Below are positions 52,259-64,000 of a stretch of 64,000 nucleotides of DNA, in pieces (positions within the stretch are counted from its first letter, which is position 1; each line of letters starts with the position of its first letter). The stretch lies in NCBI RefSeq assembly GCF_964204645.1, contig NC_134027.1, positions 15,656,485 through 15,720,484 of the forward strand, given 5' to 3'. The DNA comes from Tubulanus polymorphus (taxonomy: Eukaryota; Animalia; Nemertea). The notes under the pieces were generated by a model, which was given only the letters and a program-made list of their open reading frames with translations, was not told where the DNA came from and did no database searches. Position numbers and translations under genes: made by a program.

Positions 52259-53505
52259 ATGAGTGGGAGTTATATCAATCCTTCTAAGAATCATAGAATA
52301 TCTAATGCTATTAAAGCAGAAAGATCACATCATATAATTACTAATAACCTTTCAAATATTAATCCCGATGAAACTTTATACGTTAGAATCCCTCGATTAA
52401 CACAAAATACTTTTTATGTTCCAAATAGTATTTATTTATCGGCCGATATAAAAGTAATCGGTAATAATAATAATTATGTTGTTGATAATGTTGGAAGATA
52501 TTTGATTAAAAAGTTAACAATAAAGATTGGTCCAGAAACAGTTTTCTCATTAGATGATTATAATTTATTTATGCATTATAAAGATTTATGGTTAACTAAA
52601 GAAAATAGAAATAATATGATATTTCAGGGTATTCAATCAGAAAACCATAATAAATTAAGATCTGAAGCCAATAATGCAGTAGTAACTAATGCTGTAGATA
52701 ATTTGATAAAAAAGATTTATGGAAGCAAATATAAAATTCCATTAGACTTTGAATTGATAAATAATAATGCACCTTTATATAAATACGCAATTCAAGAAGA
52801 CGTTATATTCGAAATAACATTTGCTCCTGTTAATGAAATTGTATTATCTAGCGTTAATAAAGATATGAGTTATAAATTATCGAATATATGTTTAGAATAT
52901 GATACAGTAACTGATGAAAATATTTCAAGTATAATTCAAACTAAATACAATCAAGGATTTTCATTATTATATGATTATATTGATAAATTTAAAACCGTAA
53001 CTATTAATGCAAATGATGAAATAATTAATGAGAATATTAACTTCTCAAGAAGATCTATTAAAGGCATATTAATATTTTCTACCATTGCAACATATACTAA
53101 TGGCGCAATAAATGTTGATAATTATTATAATCCTGAAATAACAAAAGTAGAAATAACTATCGAAGGAATAGCAAATAAAATATTTTGCCAAGGAATGAGA
53201 ATGATAGATCAGTGGCCAGAAATTAGAAAACATTTTATGAATGAAAAAGTAAAATCATCTGAAAATTGTAATATTAATCAAATTGATTATTATACCGGCA
53301 ATAAATATGCATTATGGTTAGATTTTAGAACAACAGAGGATAATTCATTACATGGTTCTGGAAAAAATTACAAAACACTAAAGATGGAATACAATTATTC
53401 ATGACAAAGAATAAAGGAATCAAAAATTTTAAAATGCACATTTATATTATATCTGACGCGCAATTAAATATTGTAAATTCACAATTAGATAGTGTTATGT
53501 ATTAA
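52259..53505 (+). CDS. Major capsid protein (putative double jelly-roll), frameshift near 53365
   Basis: ~415 aa, beta-rich; NVGRYLIKKLTIKIG, ICLEYD, ALWLDFRT, SDAQLNI; near the packaging ATPase. Confidence 0.75.
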
Positions 53506-53537
53506 AATTTTAACTTTAATAAATATTTATTATATAA

Positions 53538-54326
53538 ATGGAAGGAGGTAAAGTATATAAACATATTCCATACATCGATACACATGAAAATAATGATGGT
53601 TTATATTATGTAATACCTTGTAATATAGCTTTGATATTTGATCCTATTTTCAAAATTTATAAAACTAAACTAATAGAAATCGATAATAATAAAAGTGAAG
53701 TTGTTGATAATTTAAGTAATGTAATTGATGATAATGTAATACCTACTACAGTAATACCTACTACAGTAATACCTACTACATCTAATAATGTAATACCTTC
53801 TACATATAATAATGCAATAATATTAAATGTTAGTAAAAATAGAAATTATTGTGATTATTGTAAAGGTGAATTTTCAAACGCTCCATCAAATTGGAATAAA
53901 CATATGAATACAAGGGTACATATAAATAATGTTATAGAACGTGTTGGTTTAAAAGAATTTATAGAACACCCATTTAGATATGTTACAAAGTTTGTTTCAA
54001 ATCAAAAAGTAAATGGTAAAGAATTATATAAAGATTTATTATTAGCAACACCTAATAAAGATGAATTAGATCTAACCGATGCTAATGAAATATTAGAATC
54101 AAACACTGTAAATGAAATATTAGGAGCAAACACTAATAAAGATTCTATGAAACATAAAGTAGAAAATAATGATAACTTTGATTGGATGAATAAGCATAAC
54201 AATGAAACAACTATTGATGATGCGGTAAAAAGGGCGAATAATAAGTATAAAAATAAGACAACTATTGATGATGATACGGTAGAGAGTTTGAATAAATTGT
54301 TAGGGTCTGATAGTGAAAGTGATTAA
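53538..54326 (+). CDS. 262-aa protein with VIPTT repeats and one C2H2 finger
   Basis: YCDYC..WNKHMNTRVH. Confidence 0.7.
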   Translation: MEGGKVYKHIPYIDTHENNDGLYYVIPCNIALIFDPIFKIYKTKLIEIDNNKSEVVDNLSNVIDDNVIPTTVIPTTVIPTTSNNVIPSTYNNAIILNVSKNRNYCDYCKGEFSNAPSNWNKHMNTRVHINNVIERVGLKEFIEHPFRYVTKFVSNQKVNGKELYKDLLLATPNKDELDLTDANEILESNTVNEILGANTNKDSMKHKVENNDNFDWMNKHNNETTIDDAVKRANNKYKNKTTIDDDTVESLNKLLGSDSESD

Positions 54327-54409
54327 GATATTAATTATATTTAACTCAAATAATAATATTAGTTGAAAATTGTATAAAATAATATTTATTTTAAAAAAGG
54401 GGGTTTTAA

Positions 54410-54497
54410 GTATTTAAGGTATCTAATAGGGTATCAGGTATTAGGGTATCAGGTATTAGGGTCTCTAATGGGGTATCAGGTATTAGGGTATCTAATA
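54410..54497. repeat. G-rich tandem repeats (gggtatcaggtatta) between convergent genes
   Basis: Direct observation. Confidence 0.85.
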
Positions 54498-54514
54498 CAT
54501 AGTCATACAAATAG

Positions 54515-55090
54515 TTATTTTATAAATTTATATTCATAGGGAAATTGTAGTCTCAGTAATAATTTTGAACCTTTATTATTCTTTAATTTATTCATATATT
54601 CATCATGTAATTCAGTAGGTATAATTTGATTTTCTTCCAATGATTGTTGCATAGATTTTTTATCTTTGTTATAAAATAAAACTAGAAATCTAATGTTTTC
54701 TCTAAAGTCTTTAACAATTGAATTATATTTTTGATTTAAAACCCAAGTTGTTATCCCAAAATGTCTTCCAGAGAAAGCTAAATAACATAACTCACTTTCT
54801 CTAACTTTTGAATTATGTAAATTTGCGCAATCATCTATAATGAATAATGTATTTGATCCTTTATAAGTATCAATTGCTATTTTAATACAATTATCTAAAT
54901 TTTCTTTTACTGTTTTAGGATCTAATATAATAAACTTTTTCATCTTAACTATATCTCTATTATATGTTTTATTCATTTCATAAGTAGGACAGAATAATAT
55001 TATATTATCAAAATGATTCTTATAAATAGTTTCTAACAAGTCTAATATGAAATGTGTTTTACCACAATTGGTTACTCCAGTTATTAACAT
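54515..55090 (-). CDS. A32/FtsK-HerA family genome-packaging ATPase
   Basis: GVTNCGKT Walker A, IIDD Walker B, SGRH, Q sensor, REN. Confidence 0.92.
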   Translation of the reverse strand: MLITGVTNCGKTHFILDLLETIYKNHFDNIILFCPTYEMNKTYNRDIVKMKKFIILDPKTVKENLDNCIKIAIDTYKGSNTLFIIDDCANLHNSKVRESELCYLAFSGRHFGITTWVLNQKYNSIVKDFRENIRFLVLFYNKDKKSMQQSLEENQIIPTELHDEYMNKLKNNKGSKLLLRLQFPYEYKFIK

Positions 55091-55110
55091 ATTATGCGGT
55101 TCAAATATAA

Positions 55111-55246
55111 ATATATTAAAAGTAATTAAAAACTATAATATATTTTCATAACCGTGTGTATTTCAGTTGAATAATAGAATAATTATTATCATTTGAATAT
55201 ATTTGATTATATGAATTTGTGTATTGTAAATAAATCAATTGGTCGC
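55111..55246 (-). repeat. Right terminal inverted repeat (136 bp)
   Basis: Reverse complement of 42398-42533. Confidence 0.95.
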
Positions 55247-55247
55247 T

Positions 55248-55456
55248 CCACTTCGCTACCGCTCCGCTACGCGACCAATTGATTTAATACAATATGCTTT
55301 TTAGATTATTGATATCTTAGAATAAATATTTAGTTTTAATATAAAATACACACGGTTATGAAAATATATTATAGTTTTTAATTACTTTTAATGTTTTGTT
55401 TTTTAATGAGCTCGACCCTTCGACCTTTGATCTGAAAGCCCATTACCCCTATTACT
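55248..55456 (+). repeat. Diverged direct repeat of the viral left end (42375-42591)
   Basis: ccacttcgctaccgctccgct..gcgaccaattgattta..aaatacacacggttatg..gaaagcccattacccctattact. Confidence 0.9.
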
Positions 55457-56965
55457 GCCATTTCACCAGTGCTAGCACGTCTCTTTAATACTTTAGCCGA
55501 TCGCAGTAATTATATGGAAAATCGCTCAAGTTTCAGTAATCCATAAAAAGGACGCTCGTGATGACCCTAACAATTATCGACCAATTTCCCTTCTCTGCAC
55601 CATTTCAAAACTGTTTGAAAGATTGATTTATCCAAATATATACAATCATGTTATAAATAATATTCTAATTTTCTCAAACCAGTCAGGTTTTCTTCCTGGT
55701 CATAGTACTACTGACCAACTACCATCTATTTCGGCCTTTATTAATGCCAAATTGGAACAGGGACTTGATGTTCGGGTGGCTTTTCTTGACATATCAGCTG
55801 CTTCTTATACACTACCTCATAAATTATTACTTCACAAGCTAAAGGCATATGGAATTAACGGCAAAATACATGATCTTATCTCCTCCTACCTATCTAAACA
55901 AACTGGAGAGGATTCACTACAGAGCTGCGATCCTTGTCTCCGGTTGTACCCATGGCTCAAACACTAATAAGGTCCTGCATATTTTGAACTGGCAAACTCT
56001 AGCCGCCAGGCTTAAAGAGCGGCAATTGCTGTATATGTTTAAAGTAAAAAACCGGTTTGTCCCACCATACGTAAATTCAATTTTCATAAATTTCCATAAC
56101 GCGGCCAGCAACCAACCTCGTGCCCTTAGAACGCAGCGACCTTTTAGAATCCCAGCATCTTATTCTTCATTTATGAGGCGATCACCCCTTGTTCAACTTA
56201 TGGAACAATGGAATTATTCCGAATAATGTTACACCTGAGCTTCAAAACTGCGATTCATTTTCCCTTTTCAAATCTAGAACCTGCTTTAATAAAGACCACT
56301 CCAATGTTCTTAGTTCAACCATAATAAAAAACCTCAATCGAAATGAAGAAATCTGCCTCAATCGTCTGCGTGTAGACCTCTTCCTGAGATCTCATTTCTA
56401 TTCTCATAATTTCGTTGATGTAAGTGATCCTGACTGCCCCTACTGCAACCAAATCCAATCGACAACACATTTCCTTCATCAGTGTCGAGAACCTTTCCTC
56501 CATCATGACTTTTGCAATCTCCTCACTTCGCTTAATTGCCTACAACTACTTCCGTACTTCAATAGATTAAATATGTTGAATAAATGCGAATTCCTACTTT
56601 TTGGAAATTCCATTTATAACTATGATTTAAACTCGACAGTAATCTGTCTTGTTGCAAAATTCATTTCTAGGAACCAAAGAATCTCAAACTGATGATAATA
56701 ATCATCATTATCATTATTATCATTATTATTATCATTTACTATTATTTATTATTATCATTACTTTTATTGTTACAACTCATTGCATATTATCATCCTTTAG
56801 TGTAATTATCAGTTTACGTGCATTTATTAATTTTCGATCACCGTCAAATGTCTCTGTAATTTCGATTATAATTGTAATTGCTTGTAATGTCCTCTGGACC
56901 TTAGCATGTATTCATTTTGTATACCATTGACTTGTTCAATAAAATTAATTTGTACTTTAAAAAAG
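55457..56965 (+). pseudogene. LINE 3' part: RT (internally deleted), C-terminal CCHC, (CAT/TAT)n, AATAAA and A tail
   Basis: NYRPISLL, QSGF..HST, FLDIS; CPYC..TTHFLHQC. Confidence 0.85.
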
Positions 56966-57131
56966 AAATGGTTGTGTCACAAAGGGAGAAATTTGCCTTA
57001 GACATATCATCCCGATATCTGGAGTTCTGGGCTTAGTAACGCATATTTAGAATGGATTCTATCCGATATTCTTGTAACATAATGTCTTCTCTCAGCAAAT
57101 TCCTGACGTTTTCTGGGTGCTAACGTTCAGT

Positions 57132-59505
57132 CGGTTCCTGAACTTCGCTGAAAAAGCTGAAACACTGAAAAGCTGAAATAAAAACGCTGAAATTTCAGGG
57201 AATTTCCGAAAAACGCCGAAATTTCAGGGAATTCCCGAAAAACGCTGAAATCGTGCTTGGTACCGGCAATACACGTTTTGAAATATTTTCCGGGCCGGTG
57301 TCCGCTGACGAGTCCTGAACCGTGTTTTATGCTCAACCTTCGGTTACAGAGACATGCCTTAAGGTCGTCGTCATGATCGACTTGATCGATTGCGGATTGC
57401 GTGGATTGTTAGATGTGTTTTTTGCCATAGTTTTATGTGCATATAGCGGTACGATCTAACAATGAAGTTATCAGTTCATTTGAATAAATACTTAATTACA
57501 GTAATATTAATTCACAATATTTTTTCTTATGTTTGGTGATTTCTTGCAACTTATCATTGCCAAGTCTCATACAAGTAGTAGCTGAATGATGAAAGTACAA
57601 TTAGGCTGAACCTGATAACCCAAATTAAGTGCTAGCAGGGAACTAATGATTATTTTGATTCTATTTTCGGTGTCATTGAAATTCGTTAATAAAGGTTCAA
57701 CCGTCATAGTATACTGTACTGTACTGCATTGCTACGATTGGGTGCCATATTTCTACAATTTCTACAAGGAGGAAGGAGTCTAAGTGTCTTTGTTCCCGGG
57801 TAGGGTACGGGGTAAAACCTGGTTTACTTTCTCTTTCGACTTGCCGGAGACTACTATCTGCATTGCATGCATCTGTATTGCATGCATTGATTTGTCTGGC
57901 CTATAGGAGTCGAACGATATATTCCCATACACAGGCTTGGCTTTAGTGTAGATGAAGGCTAGGCACTGCACATTGTGGATTGACTGGAACTCTTAACTCA
58001 CAAAATTAAACGAGTCAACAAGAAAGATCCAATAATTGGACGTTTGTCTAACTATATTATCTAACAGCTTAGAATAATACATAACACATTCTGCAAGAGT
58101 ACACAAAGGAAATCAGTTCTTACATTATATCAGAATCAATACTTCGCTTAACTCTGGCTAGAAATCTGGTTCCATTGCTTCATATTCTAATGAAACTCAC
58201 TAGCATACCTTAGAATATCGCTTAGCTTAAGACTAAAAATTTGGTACCAGGAAACAGGGAAGAAAAGTGGGTGTACTGTACATCCGCAATTGACTTATTT
58301 CTCTCTGGTTGAATCCAGTTATTATTGAAATAGCATTCGAATAGCCATTTTATTTTTAAAAATTGTGTCGTTCAGCTATCCTGCTGCAAATTTCGCAGTT
58401 GAAATTTACTGGTGTCATCTGATTTCTCAGTATCTCAAAAAATTTGCACATTCTAAGCCTGAATCTAAAAATAGAAAAAGGTGCATTTTAGTAGGATATA
58501 AAAGATTAGTGGCTAATACACCCTGAACTATATAGCCTATGGGGTGGGCCTAGTTTGAAAGCACTGAGGTCCGAGGGAACAGCACTTAGTAAATAAATAC
58601 TGAAATTAAACTTACAAAACACCCAGTACTTGAGATGATGTTCTTGACAAGAAGTGTCTCCAGCTAAGCAAATCAACTTTGTCTATGACTCCTCCTTTTA
58701 TAGATTCAGTAGTAGTCTAAAAATAAGAATCTGTACATTCTAACAGTTGGTATGTCATTTCTTCAAAAAAACTAATTATTATCACGCCACAGCAAATAAA
58801 TTATTCACAGTTGTTGAGTGGTTTGCCCGATTTAGATTAATTGGTTGACGCTAATCAGTATGACCCATACGTAGGGGCCTACTGCATGCCATTGGCGTCA
58901 ATCCATTCCATTCCATTCCACAGTGAATTAAAAATAAATTTAGTTAGATCCCTTTTGTCCAAAAGCTGCATCATTTATATAACTAGCTGTCAAATTTAAT
59001 TTACCTCCTTCAGAGAATACCATAGTGACATGGGCATGTCCGTCGCCCATCAACGTGTTGACAAAAGAAAAGTTGCTCCATGTTTTATACATGAACGTTC
59101 AAATAAGATATTTTGCGTCTTGCAGGGAATAATGAGCATAGTGTTTAAGTTGGCTTGCACGGTTTGTGAATGGGTTTTCCTCATTATGCTGCCTGTATGC
59201 ATTAAAAATCCAGATTTCAAGCAAATTAATTTGTCCAACAGGTGGCCCTCTAGAAGTATACTCCACACATACTGTCCATGCATGTCTCTGTAACCGAAGG
59301 TAGAGACTAAAACACGGTTCAGGACTCGTCAGCGGACACCGGCCCGGAAATTATTTCAAAACGTGTATTGTCGGTACCTAGCACGATTTCAGCGTTTTTC
59401 GGGAATTCCCTGAAATTTCGGCGTTTTTCGGAAATTCCCTGAAATTTCAGCGTTTTTATTTCAGCGTTTCAGTGATTCAGCTTTTTCGGCGAAGTTCAGG
59501 AACCG
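57132..59505. mobile_element. Non-autonomous element with ~200-bp TIRs
   Basis: 57132-57329 is the inverted match of 59308-59505; no coding ORF inside. Confidence 0.75.
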
Positions 59506-59511
59506 CATTAA

Positions 59512-62500
59512 GAGGACCGCTATTGTGAAAATTGACCTTGAGAGGAATATTCCTCCCAAAGTCAATCGATGGAAACTTGACCAAGGGGTTCGATATTTAA
59601 AGAATTGACTTTGGGAGGAATATTCCTCCCAAGGTCAAACGAAGAGAATTTGACCTTCAGGTCTGATATTCAAAGTATCGACTTCGAGAGGAATGTTCCT
59701 CCCTATGTCAAACGAAGGAAAATGGACCTGGTCTGATATTCGAAATATTGTCATACGTCAACTGAAGGAAAATAAACCCGAGTCTTAGATTCAAAGTATA
59801 TTGATTTAGGGAGGAATTTTTTCTCCCACCACTAAACGCTATAACCTGAATTTTTAGAAAGATAGGTATTGGTTTTTTGGGTGTAATTAGTTTTTTTAAA
59901 GCCATAAAGCCAGGTAGATTTATGAATTTCGAGTGATACGATACACAGTGTTCGAGGTAATGAGACGGTATGAGACATACATACAATCTTAGAAAACTAA
60001 ATAGATTTTGTATTTTCTTTGTCTAACAGTAAATTGCTATAACTTTGTTGACAATAAATTGTAATCAGATTGTAATCAGGCACTTCTCGATAAACATGTA
60101 GAGGGGAAATCGTATTTAAAACACGTGCATATATCATAACATAGAAATTAAGTTTTGATTATACAGGGAATATATTAGGACTAGGTGATACGATACACAG
60201 TGTTCGAGGTAATGAGACGGTATGAGACATACATACAATCTTAGAAAACTAAATAGATTTTGTACAAGTAGTTAATCTAGCAAAACAAAGTAAATTGTTC
60301 ATTACAGTGCATTGCTAAGGGTTAGCGTTAAAAACCCCAGAATGTTTGAAAATGGCCAAGGAAAAAATGGCCAGGAAAGAATGGCCAAATGGCCAAGGTA
60401 ATTTGTCTAGGAAATAAATGGCCAAGAAAAAATGGCCACGGAAAAAAAGGCCAAGGAAAATTTATGAGAACTACTGCTAATGTTAATAAAACATTAAGCT
60501 TTCAATTTAATGACATCACATATTTTTCATGGGGCTAAAAACAATTAAAATCGGTATTAATGAGTTCAGAAATGTGATGAATTTACATTTCATTTCATTG
60601 CATATAATGAATATATCAAGAACTATCATGCAAGTGGTCAATGAATAAACTTACTAAAGATGAACTTAAACTTAATAAAATAACTAAGTCAATAATTCAA
60701 AACATCTAAGTAAGCGAGTAAAAATCCCCTAGGTAAAAATCCCCAATTCTTCAAAGTAGGTGATCCCCTTCCTTTGAAGGGATTATAGGTAGATACAATT
60801 TATTCATATTTTACTGTCGAACACCATAAGGATATCAATATGCCCATACAAATTACGCTATTTAAATTAAAACATACTCCAAATTATTAATTGATACTAA
60901 ATTAGTACATATACATGTAGTTATTGCACAGCTTAGTAAATGGGTTCATCGCACATTTCAAATATATTACACTAGCTTGAATCTAAAATATTTAATATCA
61001 AAAGTACGTTATTTCTAATAGTTCATGGCATCGCACAGCTGAAATATACCACAAGTTAACAAGAGTCCGCAGTTCAAAAATATTCCAGTTCGAATCTTAA
61101 GATATTACAAATAAAAGTTTATTACTCTTATTAATTCTTACAATTTATTTTATCCGTAAGAATTTATCGCAACGAAAGATTTCATTTAAAAGTTCAAACA
61201 TATTTCAGTCTCATTGCAAATTCGATAAACATCGTGCTTTGAAATGTTCTTGACAATCACCAAGTATGAATATTTGGGGGATTTTTACCCAGGGTATGTT
61301 TACCATGTTTACTTAGGGTTTAGATTTTTTAGATTTCTACATAGGAAATCTTTACCAGGGGATCTTTTTTGAACGGATGAAGGTATTTTGAAGGAGATAT
61401 TCCGGAGGGATTTTTAATTGTCATATCTAGCTACGGTAGATACTTTTCTCATTGATTATTCGCTACGATACTTATTACATATCGCACGTGTCACCGCGTA
61501 TACGCTAGAATCAATACTGTTAGCAAAAATCACTAAGAATCGCAATTTGCTCATTTTGTAATATTTTTGATATCGTCCAATTTTATTGCAGAGATTCCCC
61601 GATATATCACGAGTAATGAAACAGATATCACGTTTAAACGTAGATTTTTCTTTTATTTTGAAATACATACAGCAAACATTGGAACCTAATGTTATTGAAC
61701 ATAAAGCTCCCGACCCTCCCTGCATTTATACATCGAGAAATCCAACTCGACTATAATAGGCTTTTTATTATGGTGTAATATAGCTTGTGCAACAGGACGT
61801 CACTGAGTCATTACGTTAATTGTGAGGTGTTTATACATAATAGTTTCATGAGGAATTCATATGGTGGGATCATAATCGGGAAAGATCTGCCTTTAACAGT
61901 TTATCGCCTTAGGGAGTTTGAGCTTCTCAATAAAATTCCCCAAAAATAATTCAAAATCGCCCTATCCAATATCTAAAGGCCATTCAAAGCAATGTATTTT
62001 GTCAATTCTTTTTGAATTTATTCATAATTAGTAACATATTCTTAATAGTAATGATTTTATTATTAGCAATCTGATCTAATATATTTCTAGTTGTAAAACG
62101 TAGCGTGTAAACGGATGAACGAGCAATTATCTCATTAATGAGATGATCGCTTGTAGGTCGGATGGATGGACGTATTGGTGTGTACCGGTTTACAGTGTCT
62201 TTAATCAAAGATTCCATTTGATATCTGTCGTATTTCTATGAAAGAGTACAAACAGAAATATAAACCCCTATACAGGGTATAAATCAGAAATTAAAACTAG
62301 GACAATGGCTAATTTGCAAACATAAAGGGAAAGATTTCTCTCAACAATCATGACCCACATAAACCGCGATCACACGGAGACGATTTGGCCCGGGCCAAAT
62401 TAGCACCGATCAGGCTCGGGCCAAATTTGGTAATTAGAGAGTGCGTTCACACGCATACCATTCACTCGATACTAAACAATGCTCAAATAAAGCGAAGTGG

Positions 62501-63817
62501 ATCATTTACGGTGCTAGTTGCAATTCAAACGCAGTCATTTGTCTGGTGCTTGGGCCAGGTCCGACGTTTTTTGTCGGGCCAAATTTGGCCCGGGCCAAAC
62601 AGACTCGGGCACATTTGGCACCCGTGTGAACAGTTGTTCCGGGCCAAATTTGGCCCTGGCCAAATATACACGTGCGATCGCGGCTATAGAGACGATTTGT
62701 CGGGGCTAAATTGGCTCGAATCAGGTCCGACTTAAATTTTACGTATGGCTCGCCAAAGAGCGCGCAGATTTTCATGTTCAAATTCATTTCACATTCAAAT
62801 TCAAACCCATTCATTCGTTAATAAACAATGCTTAAACCATGGAATCTAAACCGAGTCCATACTTAAACCAAGCGAAGTGACTGTCTCCCAGAACCAGTTT
62901 AAATCAACACGCTTAATTTAATTTGACTCAGGTCTGGTCCGTCGTTTTTGGTCGGGCAATTAGGCACGGGTCCATTTTGCGCCCATTACTGTTTTTTTCG
63001 CCAGATCTCTCCGTTCCTACACCTTTTAACTTGATTTTTATCATCCACGTATTTAAATTTCGATTCTTTCAGCTGGTGTTAATTTAATACTCATGCAAAG
63101 CACACTGATTACAATTTGCAGCAGTGCGTTATATAATGAAATAAGTAATATTGATTGTTAATATCAATATCAAGTGTGAATTTGCAGTTGTAAAATAATT
63201 GATTTGATTAACAGTATAGTTTGATCTAGACCTCCCAGCGTCAATCAATGAAGAAAAAATTTAACTAGTCAAAGACTCAAGATCAAGTAAAGAAAAAGGA
63301 AGATGCATTCTAACAACTGATTGCGATGTGAAGACTATATTAGGCTTATTATTAGAACCTGCACTACAGCTATTCAACTTTCTATAAACCATTCGTCCCA
63401 GACCCTCAAGTACCGTGTACATTATCACTCAAATTGCCTAAATATGTCTGGTGTCGTCGCTATAGTATACTACTTATTAAAACAATTATTACACCAATAT
63501 AATTAATATATATACCTATCATTCTAAAAGCTCAGGTTTTTAGCGTTTAGTGGTTTTGAAGAACATTCATCCCAAACTCTATATATCGAATAACAGACCA
63601 GGTCCAGTTTCCTTCGTTTGACATTCGGAGGAACATTCCTCCCGAAGTCGATACTTTGAATATCAGACCTGAAGGTCAAATTCTCTTCGTTTGACCTTGG
63701 GAGGAATATTCCTCCCTAAGTCAATTGTTAAAATATCGGACCCCATGGTCAAGTTTCCATCGATTGACATTGGGAGGAATATTCTTCCCAAGGTCAATTT
63801 TCCCAATAGCGGTCCTC
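59512..63817. mobile_element. 4.3-kb TTAA-flanked non-autonomous DNA transposon (Kolobok-like) with ~300-bp TIRs
   Basis: ttaa|gaggaccgctatt ... aatagcggtcctc|ttaa; subterminal ggaggaatattcctcc palindromes. Confidence 0.75.
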
Positions 63818-64000
63818 TTAATTGGTGACACTCAAAGCGGTGTTGTCATATCGCGGAAAGACGGAATCGCGGAATTTTTTCCAAAAACGCGGAATTTCTT
63901 CATTTTTACTTTAAAAAGTAAACGGGTTTTCCCACGGGGATACCCACTGTCGGACAGGGCACCGGACCGATCGATGCAACGAGTTAGGTTCGAATCCCAT

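Larger units (their letters stand above)
42375..55456 (+). mobile_element. Near-intact endogenous Polinton-like virus lacking a recognisable integrase or protease
   Basis: pPolB, minor capsid, MCP, A32 ATPase and TIRs; interrupts a LINE ORF. Confidence 0.93.

Noticed and set aside
59933-60263. ~80-bp direct duplication and nearby aaatggccaa repeats
   Set aside because: Ordinary local duplication inside a non-autonomous element

Overview
AT-rich eukaryotic (probably marine invertebrate) repeat-dense region with no recognisable host gene. It is dominated by an endogenous Polinton-like virus (PLV) family. A near-intact ~13 kb copy (42375-55456) encodes protein-primed PolB, a penton-like minor capsid protein, several membrane proteins, a major capsid protein and an A32-type packaging ATPase, with no recognisable integrase or adenain protease. 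It sits inside a LINE and has 136-bp TIRs joined through a 24-nt spacer to a second left end. Three rearranged head-to-tail relatives (1-25020) belong to a sister lineage. Two of them carry a 355-codon LAGLIDADG intein at the PolB YxD|TDS (pol-c) site, and all three carry a zinc-finger/VLTF3-like gene. Intein-filled and empty PolB alleles therefore coexist in one locus. Viral genes share a T-tract + TA(A/T)ATAAATG start motif. Other elements: two CR1/L2-group LINEs (one with a 2A-like peptide), a 5'-truncated BEL/Pao element, a young Gmr1-type Gypsy (integrase before RT), TTAA-flanked and other non-autonomous DNA elements, and microsatellites. All family assignments come from motif recognition, not database searches.
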